From NCBI GenBank assembly GCA_039802265.1, contig JBDRWI010000055.1, forward strand, positions 1 through 15,352: DNA of 15,352 nucleotides. The letters run 5' to 3'. Every line of letters begins with the position of its first letter. Positions within the stretch are counted from its first letter, which is position 1. The position numbers were made by a program, and so were the translations under genes. The notes under the pieces are model-generated. The model ran no database searches, had not been told where the DNA came from, and was given only the letters and a program-made list of their open reading frames with translations. Below, piece by piece: positions 1-7,042 of this stretch. Source of the DNA: a candidate division WOR-3 bacterium (GTDB lineage: Bacteria; Hydrothermota; Tepidihabitantia; SM23-42; JAOAFX01).

Positions 1-115
1 TACCACCGCCTAACTGCATTAAAAAATCTTCTATGTTTCATGCTTTGTGCAAATATAAATCTAATAGTATTTTTATTTGGTCATCTGTGAACCGTTTATG
101 GAGTTGCTTACGCAT
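1..115 (-). pseudogene. Transposase N-terminal fragment with in-frame stop
   Basis: SD GAAAGGAG (127-120), ATG at 115, MRKQLHKRFTDDQIKILLDLYLHKA, TGA at 40-38, then NIEDFLMQLGGG in the same frame. It resembles the 'QLHKRFTD.Q.K.LL..Y' start I recall from ISNCY-type DDE transposases of uncultured bacteria. Confidence 0.55.
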
Positions 116-198
116 AATTCTCCTTTCAGCACTTTTCATCGTGCTAAAAGGTATATCCATCAGGTATTTACCAGTCCACTTTTGATTTTTGCCTAACA
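1..198 (-). mobile_element. Left end of an ISNCY/IS1202(IS481-related)-like insertion sequence remnant, continuing past the window start
   Basis: The minus strand starts 5'-TGTTAGGCAAAAATCAAAAGTGGAC (198-174), a TGT terminus as in IS481/IS1202-type ends. The CACTTTTnAT motif occurs twice (177-186 and 130-139), like subterminal transposase-binding repeats. An SD and a transposase-like start follow. Confidence 0.55.
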
Positions 199-232
199 AT
201 ATAATGTTATCATGAAAAAAATTTTAAATAAA

Positions 233-327
233 GGTAGCGAGACTGAGAAAGTTAAGAGGAATGAGTTTTTAAGGGATTGCCCGAAAGCAAGAAGAATAAG
301 GCGTAAGCACTTCGCAGTCCGCCTGCC
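233..327 (+). other. Unassigned structured element (ncRNA or MITE-like repeat)
   Basis: GGTAGCGAGACTGAGAAAGT (233-252) pairs, with bulges, with ACTTCGCAGTCCGCCTGCC (309-327). It encloses hairpins TTGC-CCGAAA-GCAA (277-290) and GC-GTAA-GC (301-308). Confidence 0.3.
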
Positions 328-493
328 CCAGGGGTCGTTGAAATCTGTTGAGCCCGCAATAAAAATTTTTTGTTTAACAAACCGAAACCAGTCATCTTCG
401 ACAAAGACAGAGATGCCTATTAAAACCCATCTATACCTGCAATATTTTATCTATAATCACCCCCAACACTTTTACCAATCATTTTATAATACC

Positions 494-663
494 CCTAATT
501 TTGATTAAAATTTCACAGGAAACAAAAATGTTTATGGGAATAGGGCAAGAGCTAAATGTCTTACATAAAAGTTTTGTATTGTTACTCACCCTATCCCAAA
601 AATTTTCTCTCCCAAGGGTAATCGAGAACTCCCCAACGGGTAAGTTCGGTCCCAGGAGAGAAA
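494..663 (+). ncRNA. Candidate IS110 bridge RNA
   Basis: Short hairpin AATTTT-GATT-AAAATT (497-512). Large stem-loop TGGGAATAGGG (535-545)/CCCTATCCCA (589-598) with internal loop and apical TACA/TGTA stem. Large stem-loop TTTCTCTCC (604-612)/GGAGAGAAA (655-663) with internal loop and apical GAACT/AGTTC stem. Lies between the -10 box and the recombinase SD. Confidence 0.6.
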
Positions 664-683
664 CCTTACCAAAGGAGCCAAAC

Positions 684-1658
684 ATGGTTAACCTAAATCC
701 TAACAATATCATCCCCTTTGGCATTGACCCTTCACAGGCCAATTTGACCACCGTAAGTATAGACCCCCCCTTTTCAATATCAAAAATGACCAGCGTGGGC
801 ATAAGGGGTTTTTAAATAAAAGTCGCCAGGCTGGCACAAGAGGCCGAAAAGACGCCAGCCTTTGCATCGGGATGCCAAGACCACAGCAATGATTATCACC
901 CAGGTGCCACAATTGTTGAGACCTGCCGAGATTGATTTAAAACAGTTTGCGATTAAATAGGCTGGTCAAGGCTCGGCTCCGTTACAATTCTTTGTTAATT
1001 TCACAACCCCTGAAGGATTAAAGATTGGCGAAGCGGAGGTCTTAAATAAATTGCGTGCTGCTGGTATGTCTTACTACAAAACTAATTTGAGTAAGAAGCG
1101 GGTTAAGGTGATTCTGGAGATGGTTAAGGAGTTGAATTGGGTTGGTGATGATTATTTAAATGAGCTTGGATTAGAGGTGACGGAATTTGCTCAGGATGCC
1201 TTGAGAAGATTAGAAAGAAATAAGGCTTTGGAGGCACGGTTGACTAAGATGGCGAAAGGCTGGGGAGAAAAAGAGATTGAATTAGTCCGGACGATTCCTG
1301 GTTTTAACTGGGTTTTGGCCTGTTCCGTAGGGGCATTGATTGGTGATTTACGCCGCTTTGCGGGTTCCGGTGATTTTATTGTCTATTGTGGTCTGGTATT
1401 GTGTGAGAAAAAGAGTGGTAAAAAAGAGGCAAAGCAGAAGCGGAAGCGCAGGAACAAATTATTATCTCATGCCTTTCAGTTGGCGGCAGTTGCTTCATTG
1501 CAGGGGAGTAAATTGTCGCAGGCATATTACCAGAAGAATTTAAACGATGGACGAAAGAAGAAACAAGCCCTGCGTGCCTTAGCAAAGAAGTTAGCGGAAA
1601 TTGTCTATGCGGTCTTAAAAACAAGGAGTCCTATGATGAAAAAAGACACTCAGATTGA
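684..1658 (+). pseudogene. IS110-family (DEDD/Transposase_20) recombinase pseudogene with frameshifts and internal deletions
   Basis: SD AAGGAG (672-677), ATG 684. Fragments in shifting frames: IPFGIDPS (first catalytic D), FNIKNDQRGHKGFLNK, VARLAQEAEKTPAF, HRDAKTTAMII (last DEDD Asp), then LVRTIPG..IGDLRRF..YCGLVLCEKKSG..ALAKKLAEIVYAVLK. The likely original end YDEKRHSD* (TGA 1656-1658) is out of frame by one base. Confidence 0.88.
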
Positions 1659-1679
1659 CTATTCACTTTACATAGAGAA

Positions 1680-2981
1680 TCAATCTACTTTATCACCTAC
1701 AACCTTTATAAACAGATCAACTAATTCACCATCAAGTTGTTTATTCTTCACTAAATTCAGTTCTGCTATAGCCTCTTTGTGCGACTTCGCCTTACGGTAT
1801 GGACGCTCTGAAACCATTGCATCATAAGTATCCGCCACCGCGATGATTCTCGCCAGAAGAGGAATCCTATCCCTGTCTAATCCTTCTGGATAGCCACTAC
1901 CGTCCACCCGCTCGTGATGCGAGTAGACAATATCAAGCAACGGTTGAAATTCACTCACTGTACCTAAAATTTTCCTGCCAAGAATCGGATGATTCCTGAT
2001 GTATCGCCTTTCCTTCTCATTCAATGGTCCTTTTTTATTCAATATACCATCGGGGATACCAATTTTGCCAATATCATGAAGAAGGCAGGCCTGTTTCAAT
2101 ATCTCAATTTCAGCTTCTGGCAGGTTAAGCCCACGGGCAATCCGCACTGCATAATCTGCCACCCGCAGAGAATGGCCAGCAGTATATTCATCCTTGGCAT
2201 CCAATGTCTTGGCAATCAATTGAACGAATTCTACAAAACTCTTGTTTGACTTTGCGATGAGTTTTTCAATTTCTTCTTTTGATTTATTTAAACTTGCAAA
2301 GACCAGCGTATATTGGGATAGAAAAGACCAACCAAAGGCAATCATCATAATAATTAACCCAAACATAAACGGGTCTCTAATTTGTGCAATGAGCGGCCGG
2401 TTAAGAAATGTTCCGATAATATCAATTACGCCAAACAATATTAAAAATACCACACCCCAGACCATCGGTTTTGCATCAAGTAATCGGTAGGCAGCCGACC
2501 GCAAGGCATTCATTGCATCAAAAGTAATATAAATCGCAAAAAACACAAGCGATAAAATGACAAGATATAATCCAGGAGTTTTTACTGGCCGAATGGCACC
2601 GGCAAAATTGGTCATATTAGAAGTCACAAGGAGGTTAGTAAAAATCGTAAAAAAAGTTAATACAATTGCGATAATGAGTGTAATAATACTGAAGGTACTT
2701 TTGTATTTTCTATCGGTGATATTATAGATAAAATGAGGAAATGTGAAAAAATTGGCGAAGATGGAAGCAAACATAAATTTATTTCCGATTATAACACTTT
2801 CCGAATTGGAACTGATATCCATGAAGTAACTGGATATTAAAAAACCAGCATTCAATAAGAAGAATAATCCGGCATATCCAAATTTTTTGTCCCGCTGGTT
2901 TTTAAAATAGAGATAGAAAAGACCAAGTGCAATTAAAAGCACGACGCAAAAAAAACCAAAGGTCAAATGACTGACCAACAT
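1680..2981 (-). CDS. Membrane-bound HD-GYP cyclic-dinucleotide phosphodiesterase with N-terminal multi-TM (about 7) sensor domain
   Basis: About seven hydrophobic segments in the first ~225 aa, then LDAKDEYTAGHSLRVA, LLHDIGKIG, HHERVDGSGYPEGL and IAVADTYDAMVSERPYR. Confidence 0.92.
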   Translation of the reverse strand: MLVSHLTFGFFCVVLLIALGLFYLYFKNQRDKKFGYAGLFFLLNAGFLISSYFMDISSNSESVIIGNKFMFASIFANFFTFPHFIYNITDRKYKSTFSIITLIIAIVLTFFTIFTNLLVTSNMTNFAGAIRPVKTPGLYLVILSLVFFAIYITFDAMNALRSAAYRLLDAKPMVWGVVFLILFGVIDIIGTFLNRPLIAQIRDPFMFGLIIMMIAFGWSFLSQYTLVFASLNKSKEEIEKLIAKSNKSFVEFVQLIAKTLDAKDEYTAGHSLRVADYAVRIARGLNLPEAEIEILKQACLLHDIGKIGIPDGILNKKGPLNEKERRYIRNHPILGRKILGTVSEFQPLLDIVYSHHERVDGSGYPEGLDRDRIPLLARIIAVADTYDAMVSERPYRKAKSHKEAIAELNLVKNKQLDGELVDLFIKVVGDKVD

Positions 2982-2988
2982 ATTGTCA

Positions 2989-3016
2989 ATAATATCTAAT
3001 TTTTTCTATTTGTCAA
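2989..3016 (-). promoter_or_regulatory. Sigma70-type promoter for the HD-GYP gene, probably leaderless
   Basis: TTGACA (3016-3011), 16 nt, TATTAT (2994-2989), 7 nt, ATG 2981; no SD. Confidence 0.6.
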
Positions 3017-4079
3017 GTGCCATTAATATCTTGAGGTACTCCGAGTTCTCCTTTAACTGCGTGTATGAAAAGTAAGCAAAACCTGAAAACGGAAGTTTCT
3101 TGATGAGTCTTAATTGTTCTTCAATGGTCTGTGCAGTCTGGCAATATATACCCAGCCCCACAACAATTTTTTGGGGGTCTTTAATTTTTTTTAAAAGATT
3201 ACTGAGCGTTGGTTCAATCTCATTATCATAAGCCATCAGGCAGACAACATCAACATATCCATTACTTAGCCAGTTTAACCAATCCTGATAGTATTCATCA
3301 CGTGCAACACGATAGTCGGGTTTTACTGCAGCCGAGCAGATAATTTCAGGTTTTATCTTTTTTATTCTTTTATTTATTCCAGCAACAAACTGGCTCAAAT
3401 CATCACATATATAATTCTCCCATTTTATTATCAGGTCTTCTACCCCCCAGATTCCTAATCGTGACTTCAGGGAATCTGCGTAAAAAATAATTGGGTCGTA
3501 ATAATATCGACGATAAAAACTGGTACGCAAATTCTCGTCATAGACAAAAATCCTGTGCGGATAGCGCACATAATCCAGATGAACACCATCAAAATCATAA
3601 TCAGTAACTATCTCCTCTATTATTTTCATAAGATATTCCTTAACCCTCGGATTGCCTGGTGCCAGAAAATAACCTTCAATCCCTTTATTTCTCAACTCCT
3701 CAGGACTATAGGTAAGAATTGAACCCTGTAGGTCCTTTACAAACCATTCTGGTGCAAAGTTCAATGGGTGTGCAGGGTTTTGTGTAAATTCTCCGTATCC
3801 CCAGAAATAGAATAGATTCACCCAGGCTGAGACCTTGATTCGGCGCCGATGTGCCTCTTTTAAAAAACATTTAAGCCAATTACTTTTCAGGTAATTTCTC
3901 TTCGGTGCCAATTTAGAATCATAATATGCCTCACCATTGGCAAATACCTGGAGAAAGATGTGATTAAATTCTCCGCCAAGATAGTCAAAGATTTTTCTAT
4001 CATCGGTAAGTGCCCAGCGCGGAATCCAGATGCCTCTAAAGTCAATATTGTCTAAAAGCAACGCTATAATTAAACCCAT
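3006..4079 (-). CDS. Glycosyl hydrolase-like 10 (GHL10/DUF187, YddW/DigH-like) protein
   Basis: FRGIWIPRW, IFLQVFANGEAYYDS, EAHRRRIKVSAWVN, YDFDGVHLDYVRYP, QDWLNWLSNGYVDVVCLMAY. Start moved from 4124 to ATG 4079 because a promoter lies in the upstream extension. Confidence 0.85.
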   Translation of the reverse strand: MGLIIALLLDNIDFRGIWIPRWALTDDRKIFDYLGGEFNHIFLQVFANGEAYYDSKLAPKRNYLKSNWLKCFLKEAHRRRIKVSAWVNLFYFWGYGEFTQNPAHPLNFAPEWFVKDLQGSILTYSPEELRNKGIEGYFLAPGNPRVKEYLMKIIEEIVTDYDFDGVHLDYVRYPHRIFVYDENLRTSFYRRYYYDPIIFYADSLKSRLGIWGVEDLIIKWENYICDDLSQFVAGINKRIKKIKPEIICSAAVKPDYRVARDEYYQDWLNWLSNGYVDVVCLMAYDNEIEPTLSNLLKKIKDPQKIVVGLGIYCQTAQTIEEQLRLIKKLPFSGFAYFSYTQLKENSEYLKILMALDK

Positions 4080-4086
4080 TCTTAGT

Positions 4087-4115
4087 AATTTACTCAAACC
4101 AAGATGAAAAGTCAA
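4087..4115 (-). promoter_or_regulatory. Sigma70-type promoter for the GHL10 gene, probably leaderless
   Basis: TTGACT (4115-4110), 17 nt, TAAATT (4092-4087), 7 nt, ATG 4079; no SD. Confidence 0.55.
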
Positions 4116-4179
4116 TGGCGTCATTTTTTAAATCTCTAAAAAGATAAAGAAGCAATGTGGAACGGTCAGAGTTTTGCTG

Positions 4180-4223
4180 TTGACATTTTACAAAAATTTA
4201 TTATAATTATATGATGCAGGAGG
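4180..4223 (+). promoter_or_regulatory. Sigma70-type promoter and SD for the plus-strand operon
   Basis: TTGACA (4180-4185), 16 nt, TATAAT (4202-4207); SD AGGAGG (4218-4223) before ATG 4228. Confidence 0.75.
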
Positions 4224-4227
4224 CAAG

Positions 4228-5070
4228 ATGCTAACTTTTTTCTTAATCACAACAATCGGCTTTGAATATCTCCTTGTTGATCCGATTGCCGGACGCGGTG
4301 GAATGGGTTATGGACTCGGCGGAGATGGCTATAGCCTCTTTTATAACCCTGCTGGGCTTGCCCTAAATGGCGGAAACTATTATTCAATATCTTACCTGAA
4401 TTATATCGGCGGTACCCATTTTGGCTATTTAGGTTTAGAAAAAAAACAGTTGGGATTGGGAGTCAGATATTTTAATAGTGGTAGAATAAAAAAGACCAAT
4501 GCCCAGGGTGAAGAATTGGGTTATTTTAGCACCAACTTCATTGACTTCAATTTAGGAAAGGGAATTATTATTAGTGATTTCCTCATCGGTGGTGCAATGA
4601 AATTGGTCTATGAGAAAATCGACACACTCTATTCCTGCGGTATTGGATGTGATATTGGAGTGTTATATTTCTTCCTAACAGAAAATATTCAGGCCGGCTT
4701 TACATTAAAAAACATCGGCACAACAATCAAACCATTTATTGAAGAAAAAGAGAGACTTCCATATGAGTTAGATCTCGGTGTTGTAAGAAAGTTCAATTCT
4801 GGATGGTTGGGAGTTGACCTGGTTAAACCCGGACTGCTGAATTTTGGTGTGCGAATTGGGTGTGAATATGAATTGACTTCAATCTTTGGTTTGAAAGTCA
4901 CCTATACCAGTTTATTATCCCAGATAAAACAACAGACCGGGATGGATTTCCTTACTGGTATCAATGTTGGCTTTGAGATCAAAAAAGCCCCGCTGGTCAT
5001 TAACTATATGTATACCCCTTATTTCTCCCTGGGCCAGGGGCATAGGATAACTCTTAAATTAGGAGGATAA
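4228..5070 (+). CDS. PorV/PorQ-family (FadL-like) outer-membrane beta-barrel protein
   Basis: FEYLLVDPIAGRGGMG...SLFYNPAGLA, amphipathic strands, DIGVLY, GFTLKNIG, LPYELDLG and C-terminal YMYTPYFSLGQGHRITL, all typical of PorV/PorQ-like proteins. Confidence 0.8.
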   Translation: MLTFFLITTIGFEYLLVDPIAGRGGMGYGLGGDGYSLFYNPAGLALNGGNYYSISYLNYIGGTHFGYLGLEKKQLGLGVRYFNSGRIKKTNAQGEELGYFSTNFIDFNLGKGIIISDFLIGGAMKLVYEKIDTLYSCGIGCDIGVLYFFLTENIQAGFTLKNIGTTIKPFIEEKERLPYELDLGVVRKFNSGWLGVDLVKPGLLNFGVRIGCEYELTSIFGLKVTYTSLLSQIKQQTGMDFLTGINVGFEIKKAPLVINYMYTPYFSLGQGHRITLKLGG

Positions 5071-6063
5071 ATGTCAAAGATAACTTTTGGGTTAATTCCG
5101 GCAATCTTAATCATTCTGCTTTCAATATTTTTCTATCTCAGCCCTAAATTCTTTGGACAGAAACCGACAGATCAAAGAGAAGCGGTGAGTGAATTGGTGA
5201 CCAAAAGATTCTTAAGCCTTGGGAATTCAATCGCCCATGCTACATTTGTTGTAGATGCAATCATTGAAGGTGATGAATCTAAATTAAGTGAAATAATTCA
5301 GACCCTGCGTAGGGATGAACCCGAGATTTTAAATATCTATTTTACTGATTCAAAAAATAATATAATTGCCGCTTCAGAATCTAACGTTGTAGGTAGTACA
5401 TATGGCTCAAATATTCTTGGTTCAATGCCTTATGCTATAAAAGAAAAGTCTGATGGCTATGAGTGCGGTTTCAGTATTGGAATTGAATCAAGGAGATTTG
5501 GTGCCCTCTATTTTCAAGCAAAACCCAAAATTCCTGAGATAAAACTGAGCGCTCAACCGAATCCTATTTTTCTTGTAATCGGTATCTTAGTCGCGTTTAT
5601 TACGCTTTTTCTAACCCTTATAATGAGTAAAGGCTTAGAATCAAAACTGGTAGAAGAAATAAATCTGCGTCAGGAAGAGGTCTTCCTTCCCAAAATAGAA
5701 GCCTTAAAAAATGAACAGGTTACTGCTCAGGCCACACTCGATGAATTAAACAAAAAGATTAGCCAGGCACAGGAATCCCTTAAAAATATTGAAGCAGAAT
5801 ATGCCGCGCGCAAAAAGGAATTTGAGTCAAGTCCAGTTGTCCAGTCCGTTGAGAAATTGAAGTCCACTGAGGTGGAACTACTGAAAAAACTGGAAATGCT
5901 CAAGGAAGAGGAGAATAAATTGAATAAAGAGATCGCCCTCCTGACTCAGAAACGGGAAGAAATTATGACCGCGCTTGAGGCAGAAAAGAAGGAAGAAGCG
6001 ACCCTGAGAGAAAAACTTGACCTCATCAAAAAGAAGATACTACATCTGGAGGCGGCTGGTTAG
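5071..6063 (+). CDS. Uncharacterised 2-TM membrane protein with extracytoplasmic Cache/PAS-like domain and C-terminal coiled coil
   Basis: TM near aa 5-24, ILNIYFTDSKNNIIAAS (Cache-like), TM near aa 166-186, then a ~120-aa E/K/L-rich heptad region. SD AGGAGG overlaps the end of the upstream gene. Confidence 0.7.
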   Translation: MSKITFGLIPAILIILLSIFFYLSPKFFGQKPTDQREAVSELVTKRFLSLGNSIAHATFVVDAIIEGDESKLSEIIQTLRRDEPEILNIYFTDSKNNIIAASESNVVGSTYGSNILGSMPYAIKEKSDGYECGFSIGIESRRFGALYFQAKPKIPEIKLSAQPNPIFLVIGILVAFITLFLTLIMSKGLESKLVEEINLRQEEVFLPKIEALKNEQVTAQATLDELNKKISQAQESLKNIEAEYAARKKEFESSPVVQSVEKLKSTEVELLKKLEMLKEEENKLNKEIALLTQKREEIMTALEAEKKEEATLREKLDLIKKKILHLEAAG

Positions 6064-6077
6064 ATAATTAAATATTT

Positions 6078-7031
6078 ATGAAAAGTCAATATATTGAGGA
6101 ACTCAAACCCGGACAGGTGGTGCGTGAAACATTTCTGCTTACCCGCAAAATCCCCAAGGAAAAAAAGGATGGTGGACTATACACCCAGATAGAATTTTCT
6201 GACCGGACCGGAACGATTGAAGGAATTGCCTGGGACAGTGCCAGTGAAGACCTTAAAGAATTAGCGGTTGGTGAGTTTGTCTTTGTCGTCGGTAATGTAA
6301 GCGAATATAATGGACGTCTTCAGATTGTAGTAAGCAGTGCCCACAAAATTTCTGAGGCAGAAATTGACCCGGATGACTTTCTGCCCCGTACTGAAGAAAA
6401 TATTGATGAAGTGATGGCGGAAATAGAAACATATCGGAAAAAGGTAAAAAACCCCTATTTAAAAGACCTTCTTGACTGCTTCTTCTCCGATGAATCTTTC
6501 TTGACTAAATTGCGTAAGGCTCCCGCAGCCAAGAAAGCACACCATGCCTATATCGGTGGCCTTGCAGTGCATACCAGAAATATCCTAAGGTTGATTAATG
6601 GCGTCTATAATTCATATAATTTTCTAAATCTTGACCTTTTAATAACTGCCGGATTGCTCCATGATATCGGGAAGATTTATGAATATAGTTACCTGAAAAA
6701 GATTGACCATTCCACCGTTGGCAGACTGCTCGGACATATCATAATCGGCTACGAAATGGTTATCCATAAGATTGAGAAAATACAAAATTTCCCCGAGGAT
6801 TTGAAACTCAAAATTCTCCATATGATTCTGTCCCATCATGGTGAATTTGAATGGGGTTCACCAATTCTTCCCTGTTTTCCGGAGGCGCTTGTTTTACACT
6901 TTATTGACAATCTTGATTCCAAAATAGCAATGATGCGCGAGGAATTTAAGAAAAAAAGAGATGACGAGCGGGAATGGAGCGATTACCATCCATTACTTGA
7001 AAGAGAGATCTACCTGAAAGAAGAGAATTAA
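6078..7031 (+). CDS. yhaM: YhaM/Cbf1-family 3'-5' exoribonuclease (OB fold + HD domain)
   Basis: N-terminal OB fold (FSDRTGTIEGIAW), APAAKKAHHAYIGGLAVHT, LLHDIGKIYEY, GRLLGHI, HMILSHHGEFEWGSP, LHFIDNLDSK. Confidence 0.9.
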   Translation: MKSQYIEELKPGQVVRETFLLTRKIPKEKKDGGLYTQIEFSDRTGTIEGIAWDSASEDLKELAVGEFVFVVGNVSEYNGRLQIVVSSAHKISEAEIDPDDFLPRTEENIDEVMAEIETYRKKVKNPYLKDLLDCFFSDESFLTKLRKAPAAKKAHHAYIGGLAVHTRNILRLINGVYNSYNFLNLDLLITAGLLHDIGKIYEYSYLKKIDHSTVGRLLGHIIIGYEMVIHKIEKIQNFPEDLKLKILHMILSHHGEFEWGSPILPCFPEALVLHFIDNLDSKIAMMREEFKKKRDDEREWSDYHPLLEREIYLKEEN

Positions 7032-7042
7032 AAAATTCCTCA

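Larger units (their letters stand above)
476..1685 (+). mobile_element. Decayed IS110-family element (non-coding end upstream of the recombinase)
   Basis: CAATC at both ends (476-480, 1681-1685) and no terminal IRs. -10 TATAAT just inside the left end (485-490); TTGACT/TTTACA -35-like boxes just inside the right end (1655-1660, 1667-1672). Contains a fragmented IS110 recombinase and a structured ~190-nt leader. Confidence 0.8.

Noticed and set aside
194..213. TAACA-ATATAA-TGTTA inverted repeat as a possible xrs/dif site beside the IS1202-like end
   Set aside because: Only a weak match to the XerD arm, no XerC arm, and half of the repeat belongs to the IS terminus.
212..508. 98-aa ORF with TATAAT (200-205) 6 nt before its ATG
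   Set aside because: No recognisable motifs. It runs through the structured element and across the IS110 left end, so it is probably not a real gene, though a short leaderless peptide cannot be excluded.
828..861. Hairpin AGGCTGGC...GCCAGCCT, first considered a second IS110 RNA
   Set aside because: It lies within recognisable recombinase coding sequence (VARLAQEAEKTPAF), so no separate RNA is needed to explain it.
479..912. Minus-strand ORFs 479-802 and 709-912, and the 501-683 extension of ORF 501-815
   Set aside because: Antisense or upstream shadows of the IS110 leader and recombinase; the real start is ATG 684 with an SD.
1659..1827. C-terminal extension of ORF 1051-1827 overlapping the HD-GYP gene
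   Set aside because: Read-through caused by a one-base frameshift near 1632; the original stop is probably TGA 1656-1658.
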